Source of the DNA: Bacteroidetes bacterium UBA2364
GTDB taxonomy: Bacteria; Bacteroidota; Rhodothermia; Rhodothermales; UBA2364
Assembly (NCBI GenBank): GCA_002344075.1
Contig: DDTM01000106.1
Coordinates: 208 to 64,207, forward strand
Reading direction: 5' to 3'
DNA: 64,000 nt
Shown: piece after piece, positions 57,935 to 64,000 of the stretch
Layout: every line of letters starts with the position of its first letter
How positions within the stretch are numbered: the first letter of the stretch is position 1
Program-made: the position numbers and the translations under genes
Notes under the pieces: generated by a model
The model's input: the letters and a program-made list of their open reading frames with translations, nothing else
Told to the model about the DNA's origin: nothing
The model's database searches: none

Positions 57935-60580
57935 TTATACAACTTCCGACGCACCATCCGATGGCTCCGACCCGTTTTCCTCCGCAACAGCGCCATCGCC
58001 TCCAAGCCCGTTTTCTTCCTCCTCCTTCACCACCCGCGAAACATCCGCAATCGCATCGCCTTCTTTCAGGGTAAGCAATTTTACCCCCCCTGCGGTTCTT
58101 CCCGTTTCACGAATCGTAGAAGCCGAAATCCGGATTAACAAGCCATTAATCGTCGCAATTACCAAGTCATCTTCGTCGGTCACTCCACGCACAGCAACCA
58201 ATGGTCCTGTTCGCTCGGTAGCTTTTAGGGCTGTAACACCTTTCCCGCCTCGGTTGGTCAAGCGGTATTCCTCTACAGGGCTGCGCTTTCCATACCCATG
58301 CGCACTGACGGTTAGAATCATCATATTGGGATCCGTTACTGCAATCATCCCTACCACGGCTTCCCCTTCGGCAAGAGAAATCCCTCTTACGCCCGTAGCA
58401 GTACGCCCCATCGGACGCACCCTGTGTTCCTCGAAGCGCACAGCATATCCGGCAGAAGAAGCCAAAATAATGTCCACATTGCCATCGGTCATGCGCACAT
58501 CCAGCAGTTGGTCCCCTTCTTCAATGTTTTGGGCGCGGATTCCGTCCACCCGCGGGCGGCTATAGTCCATCAAAGGTGTTTTTTTAACCGTCCCATTTTT
58601 TGTTACCGAGAAAATGAAATGTGTATTTTTGAATTCGGCACTTGCAAAGTCATTTTTATCTACCGAAAGCACCGCCCGAACTTTATCATCTTGGTCAATT
58701 TGGATCAGGTTCCGGATAGAGCGGCCTTTTGATGTTCTGGAGCCTTCCGGGATTTCATACACCCGAAGCCAATAACATTTCCCAAAATCAGTAAAGAATA
58801 ACAGCCAATCGTGGGTCCCACAAATAAAAAGTTGTTCGATGTAGTCCTCATCGCGGGTCCCAGCACCTTTCAGTCCCTTTCCACCACGTCCTTGTGCTTT
58901 ATATTCGGATGCCGAGGTACGCTTCACCAATCCTTGATGGGTCATTGTTACCACCGTCGTAACATCCTCGATCAAGTCTTCTATGATAAAGTCATCACCG
59001 CCCGTGGGATCAATTTGGGTGCGGCGTGGATCGGCATATTTCGTCCGGATTTCCACCAACTCCTGCTTAATGATTTCCATGCGCAGGGCTTCCGAAGCCA
59101 AAATTGCCCGCAAACGTTCAATTTCCTGGATCAATGCCCGATATTCATCCTCAATTTTCTGCCGCTCCAGACCCGTAAGCCGTTGCAAACGTAGTTCCAG
59201 AATGGCTTTGGCCTGAAGTTCAGATAAAACGAATAGGGATTCATTATGGGTGGGCAACCCGAGAATCGCCCGATCTTCAGGTGAAAGGCTTTCGGGGAAC
59301 CTTCCAGCCATCAGGTTTTGTTGGGCTTCATCCACGTTAGGAGAATGCCGGATGATGGAAATGACGGCGTCCAAAAAATCCAAGGCAATCCGAAGCCCTT
59401 CCAAAATATGTGCCCGCGCCTCGGCCTTCCGCAATTCATACTCGGTACGCCGCGTAACCACCTCGTGACGGTGTTCTACGTAATATTGAATACATTCCTT
59501 AAGATTCAAGGTACGTGGACGCCCTTTCACCAATGCGACTGTATTCACCCCAAAGGTGGACTGAAGTGCCGTAAATTTGTACAACTGGTTTTGGATTACC
59601 ATCGGAATGGCATCTTTTTTTAGTTCAATCACAATGCGCATCCCTTCGCGGTCGGATTCATCACGCAAGTCATGGATGCCTTCAATGCGTTTATCGCGTA
59701 CCAATTGGGCGATCTTTTCGATAATTCCAGACTTCAGTACCTGATACGGGATTTCGGTCACGACCAAGGCAGAACGGCCATGTACGGTTTCCTCGTGCAT
59801 TTTGGCACGCACCACCACACGCCCCCTACCCGTGAGGTAGGCTTCTTTTACACCAGTTGTTCCATAAATAATTGCACCTGTCGGGAAATCTGGCGCCGGG
59901 ATATAGCCCATCAAATCGGCGATAGAAATTTCACGATTTGCGATATAAGCAATGATGCCATCTATCAATTCCCCCAGATTGTGTGGTGGAATATTGGTGG
60001 CCATCCCAACAGCAATACCAGAAGAACCGTTCAGCAACAAGTTCGGGATTGCAGCAGGCAATACTTCGGGTTCATCTAAGGAACCATCAAAGTTCGGTAC
60101 AAAATCTACGGTTTCTTTGCCCAGATCGCGTAACATTTCCTCGGCCAAGCGTGTCATGCGCACCTCGGTATAACGCATGGCCGCAGCCGAGTCGCCATCT
60201 ATAGAGCCAAAGTTCCCTTGTCCATCCACCAATGGATATCGCATGGCAAAATCCTGCGCCATCCGCACCATCGTCTGATAGACCGCAGAATCGCCATGTG
60301 GGTGATATTTCCCCAACACATCCCCTACAATCCGTGCACTTTTTTTATAGGCTTTACCTGCGCCCATGCTAAGCTCATCCATACCATACAAAACCCGACG
60401 ATGCACAGGCTTGAGGCCATCGCGCACATCTGGCAATGCACGGCTGACAATGACCGACATCGAATAATCAATGTAGGCCGCCTTCATTTCTTCTTCTATA
60501 TTAATCGAAACGATGCGCGAGGCGTCAGAACTTGGGGTTTCGTCGGAAGGGAGGTCGTTTTCGTTCAATTCGTCTGCCAT
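57935..60580 (-). CDS. gyrA: DNA gyrase subunit A
   Basis: Motifs [10 protein letters not shown] and AAMRYTE; GyrA box QGRGGKG; beta-pinwheel repeats; acidic tail. Confidence 0.97.
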   Translation of the reverse strand: MADELNENDLPSDETPSSDASRIVSINIEEEMKAAYIDYSMSVIVSRALPDVRDGLKPVHRRVLYGMDELSMGAGKAYKKSARIVGDVLGKYHPHGDSAVYQTMVRMAQDFAMRYPLVDGQGNFGSIDGDSAAAMRYTEVRMTRLAEEMLRDLGKETVDFVPNFDGSLDEPEVLPAAIPNLLLNGSSGIAVGMATNIPPHNLGELIDGIIAYIANREISIADLMGYIPAPDFPTGAIIYGTTGVKEAYLTGRGRVVVRAKMHEETVHGRSALVVTEIPYQVLKSGIIEKIAQLVRDKRIEGIHDLRDESDREGMRIVIELKKDAIPMVIQNQLYKFTALQSTFGVNTVALVKGRPRTLNLKECIQYYVEHRHEVVTRRTEYELRKAEARAHILEGLRIALDFLDAVISIIRHSPNVDEAQQNLMAGRFPESLSPEDRAILGLPTHNESLFVLSELQAKAILELRLQRLTGLERQKIEDEYRALIQEIERLRAILASEALRMEIIKQELVEIRTKYADPRRTQIDPTGGDDFIIEDLIEDVTTVVTMTHQGLVKRTSASEYKAQGRGGKGLKGAGTRDEDYIEQLFICGTHDWLLFFTDFGKCYWLRVYEIPEGSRTSKGRSIRNLIQIDQDDKVRAVLSVDKNDFASAEFKNTHFIFSVTKNGTVKKTPLMDYSRPRVDGIRAQNIEEGDQLLDVRMTDGNVDIILASSAGYAVRFEEHRVRPMGRTATGVRGISLAEGEAVVGMIAVTDPNMMILTVSAHGYGKRSPVEEYRLTNRGGKGVTALKATERTGPLVAVRGVTDEDDLVIATINGLLIRISASTIRETGRTAGGVKLLTLKEGDAIADVSRVVKEEEENGLGGDGAVAEENGSEPSDGASEVV

Positions 60581-60792
60581 AAAAAGGACTTAGTTTGGGG
60601 GTATGAGTCATTTTTGGTTTAGCTTATTAATATACGAAATACGATCACGCAGCGGCATGAAGAACGTTATAGGAATCATAACGTTTTAAGATAAAAAGGC
60701 ATAGATACCGCCGCGAGATGTTCTTCTTCGAGACTCCGTTGCGGCTCAACAAGAAAGCAACGTACTTTTGCTCTAAATTGAACATATAGAAC

Positions 60793-63000
60793 ATGATGCG
60801 TTCTGTCGGCTTATCCAGTCTAATTGGACTTTTTTTCTGGTTGACCTGTGCTTGCGAAAGTGTGGGTGCACAATCCTTTTCCGCCAAGCCTTTATTGGTA
60901 TGGGATGAGACTGGGCAACCATACCGCTCTTGGCCACTTGGCGGCCTGAATACGCCTCAACTCCAGTGGTTAGATGTAACAGGTGATAACCGGCCAGACC
61001 TATTTTTGCAGAATCAGCAACATCAGGTTTTTTTCTTTAGGAACGACCCTACAGAAGGATTGATTCTGGAACATCTAAATGCCTTCCCCGATGTCTTTTC
61101 CGGAAATTGGTTTCAACTCTGGCCCGACCAAGACGATTCCTTTCTTCTCTTTGCCTCCAATGATTTCGACAACATTCAGGTCTGGCGGGTGCAACACGCA
61201 GCAACCCGTTTTATCACCCTGAAATTAGCGGAGGTATTATTGGATACCGAAGGAAAAGCTGTATTTGCAGAAATAGGCTCCATTCCTCAATTTACCGACA
61301 TAGATTGTGACGGAGATCTGGATTATTTCACCACCAACCAATCCGGAACCATTACGTTTTACGAACAGGTTGGCCAGACAACAACAGGGCTTCCTCGATA
61401 TACCAAGCGGTCAGATCGGTTTGCGGACATTTCGTTACTTGGTACGTATTGCGACGGGCAAGCCCTCACCAAATCGCTACAACATGGAGCGGCCAGTATC
61501 ACTTTTTATGATACAAGTGGGAGCGGGAAACCCGATATACTTTGGACCGATACCTTTATTGCGGGCTTGCTCCAACTCAAAAATACCGGAACCTGCTCGC
61601 AACCAGCCTTTACATTTCCAAAAGCTGAGTCACAATACGCCAATTTTCTTGTTCAAGGTCTTGACCTACAAACCTCTGGATTTAATCTCACCACTTTTGG
61701 AGATGCTGATGTGGATGGCGACCAAGACCTTTTTATTGGCGTACAGGGTGGTTTTTGCCCAGATATACAAGGAGATGCCATCCATAATCTTTTCTTCTAC
61801 CGAAATACCGGAACCGCCCAGAAACCCATCTATACCCAAGAAACCAAGCGCTTTCTTTATATGCCCGATCTTGGCAGAAAAAGTAGCCCTGCTTTTTTTG
61901 ATTATGACCAAGATGGCGATTTAGACCTTGTTGTAGGAAACGAAGACCATGCTGGCTCTCCAAACTTTGGACGTCTGACCCTTTATGAGGCCATAGGTAA
62001 CAAATATGAACCGGGATATGTCCTCAAAGACCCGAATTTTCTGAACATTACTGGTGCTTATAATGTAGTGCCTGCGTTTGGAGATGTAGATACAGACGGG
62101 GACTTAGATCTATTGCTGGGTATGCAAAACGGCAGAATCCGGTATTACCGCAACGAGGGAGTCAGTGGCTTTCGCGAAATCAGCCGAACGTATGCCAATA
62201 TCTTTGTAGGAACCTACAGTGCGCCAGCCTTGGCAGATATAGACAGCGACGGCGACTTAGACCTTTTGGTGGGCAATGCTTCCGGAACACTGACCCTATA
62301 CCGTAATGTTGGTTCACCGCAAATACCTGATTTTTCAAAAGAGTCTGATCAATATGCGGGCATTTCAGTCAATGGATTCAGCAAGCCCGCCTTTTTGTTA
62401 CAACCTCAGAACAACCAACTACGACCCGCTTATTTAGTCGTGGGGAGCGAGTCTGATGGGGCCTTTGTCTATAAAAATATCTCGACCGGAGCCATAGATG
62501 CCGTTTGGATTTTGGATGGCGTGGGCAGCCCAAATAAACCTTTTAGAGGGATCGGACAGGAAAGCTATGTTCTTCGTCACTTGGCTCCTGCCACCATTAC
62601 ATGGACTCTTTCCAATACCTTGCCCAATATGATATTTGGAACGGAAGGCGGTGGATTTATTGCAGCCACTCCTCGCTTCCTCCCGATGTCCGTCTCTTCA
62701 ACAACCGACATGCCTTCTTCTGGGCCATATCACTTGTCCCTCTTTCCAAACCCCATTACAGACCAATTTTCATTCTATCTACCCGAAACCCACTCAGGCC
62801 CGTTTACAGTATCGGTTTACGATTTATTGGGAAGAGAACGCTATGTCAAAACATGGGAAACCCCAACTGGCAGTCCTTTGGTTTCGGTTGAAGTCCCGGA
62901 TTTGGTGTCAGGGGCCTATTTGGTTCGCCTTTCGACAGCCAAAGTGGCTTGGTCATCCATCGTTTTTAAACGAAAGAATCTTTCTGGTTTAAAAAATTGA
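60793..63000 (+). CDS. FG-GAP repeat protein with T9SS type A sorting domain
   Basis: Repeated DxDxDGDxD motifs (DIDCDGDLD, DADVDGDQD, DYDQDGDLD, DVDTDGDLD, DIDSDGDLD); C-terminal LFPNP...YDLLGRE...SGAYLVRL. Confidence 0.87.
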   Translation: MMRSVGLSSLIGLFFWLTCACESVGAQSFSAKPLLVWDETGQPYRSWPLGGLNTPQLQWLDVTGDNRPDLFLQNQQHQVFFFRNDPTEGLILEHLNAFPDVFSGNWFQLWPDQDDSFLLFASNDFDNIQVWRVQHAATRFITLKLAEVLLDTEGKAVFAEIGSIPQFTDIDCDGDLDYFTTNQSGTITFYEQVGQTTTGLPRYTKRSDRFADISLLGTYCDGQALTKSLQHGAASITFYDTSGSGKPDILWTDTFIAGLLQLKNTGTCSQPAFTFPKAESQYANFLVQGLDLQTSGFNLTTFGDADVDGDQDLFIGVQGGFCPDIQGDAIHNLFFYRNTGTAQKPIYTQETKRFLYMPDLGRKSSPAFFDYDQDGDLDLVVGNEDHAGSPNFGRLTLYEAIGNKYEPGYVLKDPNFLNITGAYNVVPAFGDVDTDGDLDLLLGMQNGRIRYYRNEGVSGFREISRTYANIFVGTYSAPALADIDSDGDLDLLVGNASGTLTLYRNVGSPQIPDFSKESDQYAGISVNGFSKPAFLLQPQNNQLRPAYLVVGSESDGAFVYKNISTGAIDAVWILDGVGSPNKPFRGIGQESYVLRHLAPATITWTLSNTLPNMIFGTEGGGFIAATPRFLPMSVSSTTDMPSSGPYHLSLFPNPITDQFSFYLPETHSGPFTVSVYDLLGRERYVKTWETPTGSPLVSVEVPDLVSGAYLVRLSTAKVAWSSIVFKRKNLSGLKN

Positions 63001-63078
63001 CAAATCCTTATTAGGTTTTTATTCATGTTTTGGTTAACCTCTTATTTTACCGTTCCATCCATTAAGCATTATAAGGTT

Positions 63079-64000
63079 ATGGCTACCGTAAAAGTACGTT
63101 TTGACAACACCCTCGCCCGAGCATTCACCAAAGAAGTGAAGCAACGGGTCCATGAGTACTTTGAACAAAATAACTTATCTAAACATGCCAATACGGAGAT
63201 GGTACTCAAAACCATCATCATATTCGGCGTATTTGTGTCTTGCTACTTACTGATCCTCTTGGGTGGATTTAACGTATGGCAGATGTGGGGTCTATGTGTC
63301 TTGCTTGGTGTCTCTATGGCAGGAATTGGGTTTTCTATCTCGCACGATGCTTTACACGGCGCCTACTCCTCCAACGAACGCCTAAATTGGATTTTGGGAC
63401 TCTCGTTCGACATGTTGGGCGCAAATGGGTATATGTGGAAGATTACCCACAACGTTATTCACCACACCTATACCAATGTACATGGGCACGACGAAGACTT
63501 GGAGGTGGCTGCATTTGTACGGCTTTCTCCACACACTCCCCATAAAGCCATACACCGCTTCCAACATATTTTGGCATTTCCGGCCTATTCTTTTGCTACT
63601 GTATTTTGGCTGGTGGTCAAAGACTTTAAATACTTTTTTGCTAAAAAATTGGGGCCATATGTCAATAAAAAGCATCCCATGAAGGAATGGATCACACTCT
63701 GGGTGATGAAAACCATCACGGTTGGATACCAGATTGTTCTCCCACTTATGCTTTTGGACATCACTTGGTGGCAATTTCTGATCGGCTTTCTAACTGCACA
63801 CCTTACTGCGGGCCTCATATTAGGCGTTGTTTTCCAGTTGGCCCACGTTGTTGAAGAGACCGATCACCCCGAATATGACGATACGGGGCTGATCCATAAC
63901 CATTGGTTGGTACACGAAATGGAAACAACTTCCAATTTTGCACGCCGCAATAAATTGCTTTCATGGTATATTGGTGGTTTGAACTACCAAATTGAACACC
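63079..64000 (+). CDS. Acyl-CoA/fatty acid desaturase (partial, runs off the right edge; not in the ORF track)
   Basis: Manual translation from the ATG at 63079 (MATVKVRFD...) gives His boxes HDALH and HNVIHH, and the start of the third box (NYQIEH) at the window end. Confidence 0.9.
   Translation, partial: MATVKVRFDNTLARAFTKEVKQRVHEYFEQNNLSKHANTEMVLKTIIIFGVFVSCYLLILLGGFNVWQMWGLCVLLGVSMAGIGFSISHDALHGAYSSNERLNWILGLSFDMLGANGYMWKITHNVIHHTYTNVHGHDEDLEVAAFVRLSPHTPHKAIHRFQHILAFPAYSFATVFWLVVKDFKYFFAKKLGPYVNKKHPMKEWITLWVMKTITVGYQIVLPLMLLDITWWQFLIGFLTAHLTAGLILGVVFQLAHVVEETDHPEYDDTGLIHNHWLVHEMETTSNFARRNKLLSWYIGGLNYQIEH

Noticed and set aside
1-64000. CRISPR array, tRNA, rRNA, riboswitch or intact transposase/integrase
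   Set aside because: By eye I found no regularly spaced repeat-spacer array, cloverleaf/T-loop signature or DDE/tyrosine recombinase ORF. An Infernal/tRNAscan run would be needed to exclude small RNAs.

Overview
Bacterial chromosomal window, inferred to come from an FCB-group lineage (Bacteroidota/Rhodothermota-like). Support: a T9SS C-terminal sorting domain, DUF2723, a group II GGGP synthase, TAnnTT-type promoters and no obvious Shine-Dalgarno sites. Most of it is housekeeping: rsmI, birA, deoB, dnaX, alaS, polA, nqrABCDEF-apbE, mutS2, trxAB and gyrA. It also carries a carotenoid block (cruF-crtB-acyltransferase) and three alkylation-repair genes. Two real genes are missing from the ORF track because they run off the edges: a large secreted Cys-containing surface protein (minus strand, 1296 to <1) and an acyl-CoA desaturase (63079 to >64000). 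Strongest leads: (1) a kinase-paired ECF sigma module flanked by that surface protein and a PAS-LuxR gene, both preceded by TGTCA-N15-GCG; (2) a MITE/REP-like TA-flanked inverted-repeat element in three diverged copies; (3) a GGGP synthase with an altered G1P-binding motif, coupled to a GT-C membrane glycosyltransferase; (4) an ArsR-trxA-trxB unit; (5) a frameshifted YhcG remnant next to an 11-bp tandem repeat; (6) a CCCTAACC motif 10-14 nt before several start codons. I found no tRNA, rRNA, CRISPR array or intact transposase. All family assignments come from motif recognition, not database searches.
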